Positions 29,703-38,647 of a stretch of DNA of 64,000 bases are shown here, one piece after another. The translations under genes were made by a program, and so were the position numbers. Position 1 is the first letter of the stretch, and every line of letters starts with the position of its first letter. This stretch comes from Chromatiaceae bacterium. GTDB taxonomy: Bacteria; Pseudomonadota; Gammaproteobacteria; Chromatiales; Chromatiaceae. Location: positions 1,704 through 65,703 of the forward strand of contig JADZBU010000292.1 of NCBI GenBank assembly GCA_020851955.1, given 5' to 3'. The notes beneath the pieces were generated by a model. That model was not told where the DNA came from and did no database searches. It saw nothing but the letters and a program-made list of their open reading frames with translations.

Positions 29703-30916
29703 CGCACGCCTTAGTAGTGTCCAGCCTGGGCAAGGCTTACAAGCGTTATCCTGGCAAGTGGTCACGCGCCGCCGAGTGGATTATTGGTGAGTCACGACAC
29801 GAGAAAACCTGGGTTCTGCGCGATATCAACTTCAGCATCAGCCCCGGAGAAGCCGTGGGGATCGTCGGCATCAACGGTGCTGGTAAGAGCACCCTGCTCA
29901 AGATCATCACTGGCACCACCCAACCCACCACGGGTAGTGTAAGCCACCAGGGCCGGGTCGCCGCGATGCTGGAACTCGGCATGGGTTTCCACCCCGATTT
30001 CACGGGGCGGCAAAACGCCTACATTGCGGGACAATTGTTAGGTTTAAGTACCAATGAAATTGCCAGCCTCATGCCATCCATCGAAGACTTCGCGGAGATC
30101 GGGGATTACCTCGATCGCCCCGTGCGTCTCTATTCCAGCGGCATGCAAATGCGGCTGGCCTTCAGCGTTGCCACCGCCCTCCGCCCGGACATCCTCATTG
30201 TTGATGAGGCGCTATCGGTGGGCGATGCCTATTTCCAGCACAAAAGCTTTAATCGCATTCGTGAATTCCGCGCACAGGGCACGACACTACTCATCGTTTC
30301 GCATGATAAAAGCGCCATCCAAACCCTGTGTGATCGCGCCATCCTGCTTGAGCGCGGTTTTGTCATCAAGGATGGCAATCCCCAGGAAGTCATGGATTTC
30401 TACAACGCCATTATCGCGGAGAAGGAAAACGCCACGGTAGAGGTCAAACGCCTGGATAATGGTAGCGCCCAAACCCAATCGGGTACCGGCGAGGCACGGG
30501 TTGAATCCATCGTCATGCTGGACGAGCAAAATAATGCAGTCGAGTTAATTAATGTTGGGCAGCGGGTGCGACTTAAAGTCGATATCCGCGTATATACCGA
30601 TCTACCTCAGTTGTCGTTTGGCTACATGATCAAGGATCGCCTTGGGCAACCCGTCTTCGGCACCAACACTTACCACCTTGGTGTCGAACTGAACCACCTC
30701 AAAAAAAACGAAACGTTGACATTAACCTTTTCCTTCCCCGCCAACATTGGATTAGGATCATATTCGGTTTCAACCGCTCTCCATGCGCTGGATACTCACT
30801 TGATGGGAAATTATGAGTGGCGTGACCTAGCGTTTATATTTAATGTAGTCAATATCGACCGTGCTCCATTTGTCGGCGTGAGTTGGATTCCGCCTGAAGC
30901 CGAATGCCAGCGATGA
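29699..30916 (+). CDS. wzt: O-antigen ABC transporter ATP-binding protein with a C-terminal glycan-binding-type extension
   Basis: Walker A GINGAGKST, signature YSSGMQMRL and Walker B ILIVDEAL, plus about 150 extra C-terminal residues, as in Wzt proteins that recognise capped O-chains. Confidence 0.9.
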   Translation: MTHALVVSSLGKAYKRYPGKWSRAAEWIIGESRHEKTWVLRDINFSISPGEAVGIVGINGAGKSTLLKIITGTTQPTTGSVSHQGRVAAMLELGMGFHPDFTGRQNAYIAGQLLGLSTNEIASLMPSIEDFAEIGDYLDRPVRLYSSGMQMRLAFSVATALRPDILIVDEALSVGDAYFQHKSFNRIREFRAQGTTLLIVSHDKSAIQTLCDRAILLERGFVIKDGNPQEVMDFYNAIIAEKENATVEVKRLDNGSAQTQSGTGEARVESIVMLDEQNNAVELINVGQRVRLKVDIRVYTDLPQLSFGYMIKDRLGQPVFGTNTYHLGVELNHLKKNETLTLTFSFPANIGLGSYSVSTALHALDTHLMGNYEWRDLAFIFNVVNIDRAPFVGVSWIPPEAECQR

Positions 30917-32898
30917 CCTCCGAATCCTCTGGATCTAAACCTGAATCAAAGAGTGATAAAACCGCGCTGATGAGCAACAGTACCGCGCCCTCGGGGCCGA
31001 AGCCAACGCGTAGAAACAGGAAGCCGGTGTCCGCGCCACCCCAGACCAAACCGACATACGGTTTTTACCGCGCCTTCGAGGAGCGGTACCGGGGCCCACG
31101 TGACTTAATCAAACACCGCCTCGGCGTTTACCTGCCCTTCATCGAGCCACTCAGACAGCTTTACGCTCAATGCACCGCCACAGATCTGGGTTGCGGTCGG
31201 GGTGAATGGCTGGAACTGCTTCAGAATAATGGGTTTATAGCCTACGGTGTTGATCTTGACGACGGTATGCTCGCGGCTTGTAAAGAGCTTGGCCTGAGCG
31301 TCACCCGACAAGAGGCTATTGGGTATCTTCAATCCCTTGATGATAATTCTCAATGTATCGTGTCCGGCTTTCACTTCGCCGAACACATCTTGTTTGCTCA
31401 CCTCCAGTTGCTGGTTGCCGAGGCGTTGCGCGTGCTGAAGCCCGGGGGATTACTGATCCTGGAAACGCCAAACCCAGAAAACGTGGTTGTGGGCACTACT
31501 GACTTTTATCTCGATCCTACGCATCAACGACCCATTCCCCCGCTACTCCTATCATTTTTGCCAGAATTTCAAGGTTTCGCACGCGTTAAAATCCTACGTC
31601 TCCAGGAATCATCCGATCTGGCTAGACAGGAAGATGTGACATTAAAGGATGTTTTTTTCGGTACAAGTCCAGACTATGCCGTTGTTGCGCAAAAAAATGC
31701 CGAGTCAGGTATTCTGCAAAATTTCAGTACCACTTTTGATAAGCAATATGGCATTGAACTCGGGGAGCTTGCTAATCGATATGATGCGAGGATAGAACGC
31801 AGGCTTATTGCTTTCGATCAACGTGTTGGCAATGTTGAAAGTTCCGCGGGTGGAATGACTGAGGCAATATCGCGGATTTCAACCCTGCAAGACCGGCTTA
31901 TCGAAGCGAATTCGCAAAGCGAACGTAACCAATACCGCGCCACGCAATTAATAGAACAACTACACCACGCCGAGGCCCAGGCCCACGACCAGGAACAACG
32001 CGCCCTCGCCGCCGAGGCCCTGGCCCACGACCAGGAACAACGCGCCCTCGCCGCCGAGGCCCAGGCCCACGACCAGGAACAGCGTGCCCTCGCCGCCGAG
32101 GCCCTGGCCCACGACCAGGAACAGCGCGCCCTCGCCGCCGAGGCCCTGGCCCACGACCAGGAACAGCGCGCCCTCGCCGCCGAGGCCCTGGCCCACGACC
32201 AGGAACAGCGCGCCCTCGCCGCCGAGGCCCAGGCCCACGACCAGGAACAGCGCGCCCTCGCCGCCGAGGCCCTGGCCCACGACCAGGAACAGCGCGCTAC
32301 CCTCGCCGAAAGCGCCGCCGCAGAGCAGGCATACCAGGCCATCCTCGCGGCGTGCCGCGCCGACGAGCAGCAGCAGCGGGCGGAGCACGCCGAAACGCAA
32401 AGCTTGAACCATCAGTCCCGGGTCGATGAACTGGGGGGTAGTTCACACCACTGGTGGCTACAATGTCACCAACTGGAAGCGGAACGGAACGCCCTTCGCC
32501 AAAGCTGGTCCTGGCGCATCACGGCCCCGGTGCGGTGGGTAGGTGGCATTTTGATCCGTTTCGTCAACGCAATCCGGCGCGGGGCAAACACGATTCTGCG
32601 AACGGCCATCGACCGATTCCAACGTCCCCTGGCAAAACTGATGCGCGCCGTCCTCGCGAAACCGGCTTTTGCCGATCGCCTAAATCGACTGCTCCTGCGC
32701 TTTCCCCATCTTTACCAACAACTACTGCAAGTTGCCAGTCTCAACGGCGTCCTGATGGGCGCCTCGCCTATGCCCGCACCCCGCCCACTTGACACCGCCA
32801 CTCCCGAACTAGACCAGCTAACCCCCCACGCCCGTCGTATTTATCAAGAACTCAAGGCAGAAATCGAGAAATCGAGAAAGAAGCAAGCTTCCGACTAG
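30913..32898 (+). CDS. WbdD-like O-chain-terminating methyltransferase with a long repeat-containing coiled coil
   Basis: N-terminal FYRAFEERYRG box and class I SAM motif DLGCGRGEW, followed by about 300 aa of helical Q/E/A/R-rich sequence. The start is taken at the ATG overlapping the wzt stop; an earlier ATG at 30904 is possible. Confidence 0.75.
   Translation: MTSESSGSKPESKSDKTALMSNSTAPSGPKPTRRNRKPVSAPPQTKPTYGFYRAFEERYRGPRDLIKHRLGVYLPFIEPLRQLYAQCTATDLGCGRGEWLELLQNNGFIAYGVDLDDGMLAACKELGLSVTRQEAIGYLQSLDDNSQCIVSGFHFAEHILFAHLQLLVAEALRVLKPGGLLILETPNPENVVVGTTDFYLDPTHQRPIPPLLLSFLPEFQGFARVKILRLQESSDLARQEDVTLKDVFFGTSPDYAVVAQKNAESGILQNFSTTFDKQYGIELGELANRYDARIERRLIAFDQRVGNVESSAGGMTEAISRISTLQDRLIEANSQSERNQYRATQLIEQLHHAEAQAHDQEQRALAAEALAHDQEQRALAAEAQAHDQEQRALAAEALAHDQEQRALAAEALAHDQEQRALAAEALAHDQEQRALAAEAQAHDQEQRALAAEALAHDQEQRATLAESAAAEQAYQAILAACRADEQQQRAEHAETQSLNHQSRVDELGGSSHHWWLQCHQLEAERNALRQSWSWRITAPVRWVGGILIRFVNAIRRGANTILRTAIDRFQRPLAKLMRAVLAKPAFADRLNRLLLRFPHLYQQLLQVASLNGVLMGASPMPAPRPLDTATPELDQLTPHARRIYQELKAEIEKSRKKQASD
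31969..32307 (+). repeat. Tandem repeat, 42-bp unit, about 8 copies, in frame
   Basis: Unit gccgaggccc[a/t]ggcccacgaccaggaaca[a/g]cg[c/t]gccctc encodes AEA(Q/L)AHDQEQRALA. Copies differ at only 1-3 positions and the last copy is degenerate. Confidence 0.95.
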
Positions 32899-33249
32899 AG
32901 GTTGGTAACAGCCACCCGTCACTTCATCATTCACACGCTCAAGCAACGCAGGGTGGCATCTATGCCATCTCCTGCTGTACGTCTTCATGGCCATATATTT
33001 TGCTAATGTCGTAAATATGGCGATATTTTTTTTGTGGTTTACAGGAGTGCTCTTGTAGAAGATAATTCACATTCCTTGCAATCTTGTCAACAAACCTGAG
33101 TTAAATAAAATAATGATAAAAAGATATCGCACCGCATTCACATAGATTTTTGATAAATTATTCATTTATCTTTACCGCCGCCGGAAGCAAAGGGATGTTA
33201 TATTTCTTTTTGCTCAACCGTTTTTTTCCAGTATCTATTAATAACAATA

Positions 33250-36200
33250 ATGCGCATCGTTATTGACATGCAGGGCGCCCAAACCGAGAGCCGCTTTCGC
33301 GGAATCGGCCGTTACACCATGTCCTTCGCACAGGCTGTTGTTCGTAACAAGGGTGAACATGAGATCTTCCTCGCCTTAAGCGGCCTGTTCCCCGACACCA
33401 TCGAGTCCATACGCGCAGCCTTCGACGACCTGTTACCGCAGGAGAACATCCGTGTTTGGTATGCCCCGGGTCCAGTGAAGGAATGCGAACCGGGTAACGA
33501 CTGGCGCCGCAAGGTAGCGGAACTCATCCGTGAAGCCTTCCTCGCCAGTCTTGCGCCGGATGTGATCCACCTTAGCAGCCTATTCGAAGGCTATGTCGAC
33601 GATGCAGTGACCAGCATAGGGTGTTTCGACGCCAACACTCAGGTTAGTGTGACCCTTCACGACCTCATCCCTCTGTTGTACCCGGACCACTACTTGAAGC
33701 CCAATCCACGCTATGCACATTATTACCAGCATAAAATCGAACATCTGAAAAAATCAGCGCTATATCTTGCGGTTTCGGAATTTAGCCGGAAGGAATCGGT
33801 GGAGCATCTTGACATATCCGCCAGTGTGATCGTAAATACCTCTGAAGGGACCGAGCCCCACTTCAAACCCTGCCAGATCGCTGTTGACGTTGCCCAGCAA
33901 CTGCGCCACAAGTTTGACATCACCCGTCCCTTTGTTCTCTACACCGGCGGTGCGGACCAACGCAAGAATTTGCGGCGTCTCATTCAAGCCTACGCCACCT
34001 TACCCGCCCCGTTGCGAGCAGGTCATCAATTGCTGCTGGCCGGCAAAATGCCCCAGGGTGATATCGCCCACCTTCAAGAGCAAGCAAAATCCGTCGGCCT
34101 CCAACCGGATGAATTGCTTTTCACGGGCTATGTGACGGACGATGAACTCGTCAAGCTATACAATCTGTGTGAGCTATTCGTGTTCCCCTCCTGGCACGAA
34201 GGCTTCGGTCTACCAGCACTTGAGGCCATGGCCTGTGGTGCACCGGTCATCGGCGCCAATACTTCCAGCCTGCCGGAAGTCATCGCACTGGATGAAGCCA
34301 TGTTCGACCCCCTCGACGTTGCCGCCATCGCCGCCAAAATGGCCCATGGGCTGGAAAACGACGCCTTCCGCGCCAAACTGCGCGAGCACGGCTGGCAGCA
34401 GGCGCAGCGGTTTTCCTGGGACGAATCGGCTAAAAGAGCGATTACAGCGTGGGAGGATTGGCTGAAATCACAACCGCAACAAAAGGCAAGCAGCCAGCCA
34501 ACCGAGCGTAAACTAAGACTGGCCTTCATTTCCCCCTTGCCGCCAGAACGCACCGGCATCGCCGATTACAGCGCCGAACTGTTGCCGGCGCTGGCGGCGC
34601 ATTACGACATCGAAGTCGTGGTTGCGCAGGATCGGGTCGATGAGCCTTGGGTCAATCGCCATGGCACGGTGCGGGACGTGTCATGGTTCCTTGCAAACAC
34701 CCACGCTATCGACAGGGTACTTTATCAGGTAGGCAATTCCCCTTTCCATCAGCATATGTTGCCTCTGCTTGTGGAAATTCCGGGCGTGGTGGTGCTTCAT
34801 GATTTCTATATGAGTGGGCTGATGTCTTGGCTGGAGTTGTATGCTGGCGCAGAACATGCTTGGACAGAAGCGCTTTATGCCGCTCACGGCTATGGCGCTG
34901 TGCGCGAACGCTATCGTGATCCCGAAGCGGCAAAACGCAAATATCCCGTCAATTTGCAGGTTCTCCAGCACGCCCAAGGCTTGATTGTGCATTCCAAATA
35001 TTCACGAAGCCTAGTACACCAATGGTGTGGAGAAGATTTTACAGACGCTTGGGAAATGATTCTCCATCTGCGATCACCAGCAAGCACATTCGACAAGGCT
35101 GTCGCGCGAAAACAGCTCGGCTTGGATGAGAATGATTTTGTCGTTTGCAGCTTTGGATTTCTGGATTCGACCAAGCTCAACCATCGTTTGCTTAACGCTT
35201 GGCTAGATAGTGCTCTGGCCAGCGATAAACGATGCAAATTGGTATTCGTAGGCGAGAACCACGGCGGCGACTACGGCTCAACCATTTTGCAAACGATACG
35301 CGCCAGCGGCCTTGGTAATCGCATCCACATCACCGGCTTCGCATCGCCTGAAACGTTCCGGCTGTACCTAATGGCAGCCGATATGGCGGTGCAACTCCGC
35401 GCCAATTCTAGGGGCGAGACATCGGGCACTGTATTGGACGGCATGAACCATGCGCTGCCGCTTATCGTCAATGCCAATGGCTCGATAGCGGAATTGAACC
35501 CCGATGCCGTCTGGATGTTGCCCAACGAATTTGCCGATGGCACACTCGTCGAAGCCTTGGAAACTATGTGGCGTGAGCCTGAAAGACGTCGGGCCGTGGG
35601 TGAACGAGCACGCGAAATCATCCTGAACCAGCACGCACCTGCCGCGTGCGCCCAGCGTTATACGGAAGCAATCGAGCATTTTCAGCGTCGCGCCGAGACT
35701 GCGAAGCCAGCCTTAATACAAGCTATCGCGGCACAGAATCAGTTTGTGCCCAGCGACGCCGATCTTCGCCAACTCGCCAAGACCCTCTCCGCTACCCTGC
35801 CATTACTCAGCCCAGCCAAGCGCCTGTTTTTGGATGTGACAGCCACCTGCCGCAACGACCTCAAGACCGGCATTGAGCGTGTCGCGCGTGCTCTGCTGCT
35901 GGCGCTGCTGGAAGCCCCGCCCACCGATTACCGAATCGAACCAGTGTATCTCAGCGAGGCCGGCAGGCAATGGCACTACCGCTACGCTCGCCGCTACACG
36001 CTAGAGCTGCTGGGCTGCCCGCCGGATGCTCTCGTCGACGAGATTGTCGAGCCCGAATGTGGCGATATTTTGCTGGGGCTGGATCTATCAGGCGACATGC
36101 TGGTTCAGGCAGAGCGTGCGGGGGTTTTTGCGGATTACCGTAACCACGGCGTCATGGTGTATTCCGTGGTTTTCGACCTGCTGCCTGTGCGCATCCCCGA

Positions 36201-37011
36201 AGTGTTCCCGCCGGGTGCGGACCTGATACACGCGACGTGGTTGCAGACGGTTGCAAATTTCGATGGCGCTATCTGCATCTCAAAAGCCGTTGCCGATGAT
36301 CTTGTTGCCTGGCAGGAGGAGGCCGGCTTCGATTGGAAAGGTCGGCGTCCTTTCCGGGTCAGCTGGTTTCACCTTGGCGCTGATGTCGCCAATTCCGCAC
36401 CCAGCTTGGGTCTGCCCGACAATGCCGAATGGATGTTAGGCCAGCTTCGATCTCGCCCCAGCTTCTTGATGGTCGGCACCATCGAGCCCCGCAAGGGTTA
36501 CCTGCAAACCATAGAAGCTTTCACCCAACTCTGGCACGATGATGTTGATGTGAACCTGGTCATCGTCGGCAAAGAAGGTTGGAAAGATCTGCCGGATGAC
36601 ATGCGCCGGGACATCCCCCAAACTATTGAGTTACTGAAAATCCACCCCGAACTGGACAAACGCCTGTTCTGGCTAGAAGGCATCAGCGACGAATACCTGG
36701 AGAAAGTCTACGCTGCAAGCACCTGCCTGATCGCCGCTTCCTACGGCGAAGGTTTCGGCTTGCCTCTCATCGAGGCCTCCCAGCACAAGCTGCCGATCAT
36801 CGCCCGGGATATTCCAGTGTTTCGGGAGGTAGCGGGTGATCACGCGTATTATTTCGATTCCCAGTTACCCGCAGCCTTGGCCCAGGCGATCAATAAGTGG
36901 CTGGACCTGTTTGGTGCCGGGCAACGCCCAACATCAGCCGCCATGCCCTGGTTGACATGGAAAGAAAGTGCGCAGCTATTGGCAAGAAAAATAACGAAGT
37001 ATCAAAGTTAG
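33250..37011 (+). CDS. Three-module GT4 glycosyltransferase (WbdA/WbpX-like O-chain polymerase candidate)
   Basis: 1253 aa with three successive GT-B/GT4 C-terminal signatures: EGFGLPALEAMACGAPVI, SRGETSGTVLDGMNHALPLI and GEGFGLPLIEASQHKLPII. Confidence 0.85.
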   Translation: MRIVIDMQGAQTESRFRGIGRYTMSFAQAVVRNKGEHEIFLALSGLFPDTIESIRAAFDDLLPQENIRVWYAPGPVKECEPGNDWRRKVAELIREAFLASLAPDVIHLSSLFEGYVDDAVTSIGCFDANTQVSVTLHDLIPLLYPDHYLKPNPRYAHYYQHKIEHLKKSALYLAVSEFSRKESVEHLDISASVIVNTSEGTEPHFKPCQIAVDVAQQLRHKFDITRPFVLYTGGADQRKNLRRLIQAYATLPAPLRAGHQLLLAGKMPQGDIAHLQEQAKSVGLQPDELLFTGYVTDDELVKLYNLCELFVFPSWHEGFGLPALEAMACGAPVIGANTSSLPEVIALDEAMFDPLDVAAIAAKMAHGLENDAFRAKLREHGWQQAQRFSWDESAKRAITAWEDWLKSQPQQKASSQPTERKLRLAFISPLPPERTGIADYSAELLPALAAHYDIEVVVAQDRVDEPWVNRHGTVRDVSWFLANTHAIDRVLYQVGNSPFHQHMLPLLVEIPGVVVLHDFYMSGLMSWLELYAGAEHAWTEALYAAHGYGAVRERYRDPEAAKRKYPVNLQVLQHAQGLIVHSKYSRSLVHQWCGEDFTDAWEMILHLRSPASTFDKAVARKQLGLDENDFVVCSFGFLDSTKLNHRLLNAWLDSALASDKRCKLVFVGENHGGDYGSTILQTIRASGLGNRIHITGFASPETFRLYLMAADMAVQLRANSRGETSGTVLDGMNHALPLIVNANGSIAELNPDAVWMLPNEFADGTLVEALETMWREPERRRAVGERAREIILNQHAPAACAQRYTEAIEHFQRRAETAKPALIQAIAAQNQFVPSDADLRQLAKTLSATLPLLSPAKRLFLDVTATCRNDLKTGIERVARALLLALLEAPPTDYRIEPVYLSEAGRQWHYRYARRYTLELLGCPPDALVDEIVEPECGDILLGLDLSGDMLVQAERAGVFADYRNHGVMVYSVVFDLLPVRIPEVFPPGADLIHATWLQTVANFDGAICISKAVADDLVAWQEEAGFDWKGRRPFRVSWFHLGADVANSAPSLGLPDNAEWMLGQLRSRPSFLMVGTIEPRKGYLQTIEAFTQLWHDDVDVNLVIVGKEGWKDLPDDMRRDIPQTIELLKIHPELDKRLFWLEGISDEYLEKVYAASTCLIAASYGEGFGLPLIEASQHKLPIIARDIPVFREVAGDHAYYFDSQLPAALAQAINKWLDLFGAGQRPTSAAMPWLTWKESAQLLARKITKYQS

Positions 37012-37020
37012 GAATTAGGC

Positions 37021-38280
37021 ATGCAAAAAAATATTAAGATCGGCGACAAAAGCTTCGAAGTCATATCTGATGACAATTATCTCGAAGCGATGGGCAGTGA
37101 ATTCGAGCCGCACATGGTGGATTTATTCCGTGCGCTTGTTAGCCCAAATGATGTGGTTGCGGATGTAGGCGCCAACATTGGCTTGACGGCCCTGCTTTTT
37201 TCTGGGTTAGCAAAAAAAACCTACGCATTCGAGCCAAGCCCAAGCACCTACAAGATATTAAGCAATAACCTTAAAATCGCAGAAATTTTAAATGTTGAGA
37301 CGGTCAACCTTGGCTTCGGCGCAAAACCAGAGACGCTGACGATTACGTTTGCGAGCAACAACCGTTCAGGCGGTTTTATCAGTGAAAAAATCCGTCCAGA
37401 AAATGGACATATTACCGAAGCAATCCAAATAGAGACATTGGACGGTTTTTTTGCGGATAGGGAACTCAAACCCAACTTTTTAAAAATTGATGTTGAGGGT
37501 TTTGAGCAAAAGGTGATCAAGGGGGGGGGGAAATTACTTGCTTATACCAAGCCCACGGTGGTGATGGAGATGAATCACTTCTGCCTGGACGTACTACAGC
37601 GGATCACCATTCCGGACTTTTTGGACTTTATGCGTTCAGCTTTCCCCTACCTGTATGCAATAGACACCGATAATGCATCGGTAGTTGATCTACATATTCC
37701 TGACCAAGCTTATTTCGTAATGCACGAGCATGTTGTGAAACACCGTTTCCCTAATCTGGTAGGTGGTTTTTCGCCCGAAATAAAATTAAAACTTGAAGCT
37801 ATGGCTTTGCTATACGCAGCCCCCTCGCCTTTGATAACGCATGCGCAGACCGCAGTTCGGGCAATGATGGGCAAGTTAGTGGAAGGGCAAGCATTCAAAA
37901 CCCCCGCCGCAGAGAAGATCGGGGGTACATTGCAGGCCGATTCCCTGCCAGTAAAAATGTCACCGGGAAGCGCAACAGAAATACCCATCACCCTTAAGAA
38001 CGAAGGCAAGAACACTTGGTACGGCTATGGCAGTCATCCTGTCTTGCTTTCCTATCACTGGCTGAAGGCAGACGGCAGCACTTACCAACACGATGGCTTG
38101 CGGTCGCCGCTCGCATGTGAAACCCTGGAGCCTGGTAAAGCGACTAATGAACTAGTTATCGTTATCGCACCCAAAACTAAGGGGCTCTACCAGCTTGTTT
38201 TGACGCTCGTACAAGAGGGCTTTTGCTGGTTCGAGGAACAAGGCTTCCAATGCGTAACCGCGCACGTGATTGTCGAGTAA
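37021..38280 (+). CDS. FkbM-family methyltransferase with a C-terminal beta-rich domain, paralog of 23912..25117
   Basis: 419 aa with VADVGANIGL and FLKIDVEGFE. It shares the identical block PTVVMEMNHFCLDVLQRITIPDFLDFMRS with the paralog and contains a G10 tract. Confidence 0.8.
   Translation: MQKNIKIGDKSFEVISDDNYLEAMGSEFEPHMVDLFRALVSPNDVVADVGANIGLTALLFSGLAKKTYAFEPSPSTYKILSNNLKIAEILNVETVNLGFGAKPETLTITFASNNRSGGFISEKIRPENGHITEAIQIETLDGFFADRELKPNFLKIDVEGFEQKVIKGGGKLLAYTKPTVVMEMNHFCLDVLQRITIPDFLDFMRSAFPYLYAIDTDNASVVDLHIPDQAYFVMHEHVVKHRFPNLVGGFSPEIKLKLEAMALLYAAPSPLITHAQTAVRAMMGKLVEGQAFKTPAAEKIGGTLQADSLPVKMSPGSATEIPITLKNEGKNTWYGYGSHPVLLSYHWLKADGSTYQHDGLRSPLACETLEPGKATNELVIVIAPKTKGLYQLVLTLVQEGFCWFEEQGFQCVTAHVIVE
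37521..37530 (+). repeat. G10 homopolymer inside the methyltransferase coding sequence
   Basis: aag ggg ggg ggg aaa encodes KGGGK. The paralog has ggtggg at the same position with no tract. Confidence 0.9.
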
Positions 38281-38647
38281 CTATGCCGTCCGTACAGCGC
38301 CGGACTTTTGAGGGATAAGCCATGCTGATTACCGCAATCAAGCAAGCCATCTCCGATTGCCACCGAACAGCAGGTATGCAATGCCCTGCATTTGCTATTC
38401 AAACCGCAGGGTACGCCCGCCTTTGGCGTGGCCAAGATGGTTTAACATGAGGTTAGGCCTTGAATGCGCTTAAGGTGTTGGGATACGTCAAGGCAGATGC
38501 GGATGAATTCAATTTGGTCGAATCCTTGCGGATCACCAAGACCAAAGCCCGTCCGCTGCTTTATCAAGCTGTATTGCTTTCAGACGCAGACCCCGGAAGC
38601 CATTGATGAGGCAATGCATAAGGCGATGGCTGTGACACAGGTTTTGC

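Noticed and set aside
31969-32307. The regular 42-bp repeat array could be taken for a CRISPR array.
   Set aside because: The repeats are directly adjacent with no spacers. They lie in frame inside a long ORF and encode a heptad-periodic peptide. No cas genes or leader are present.
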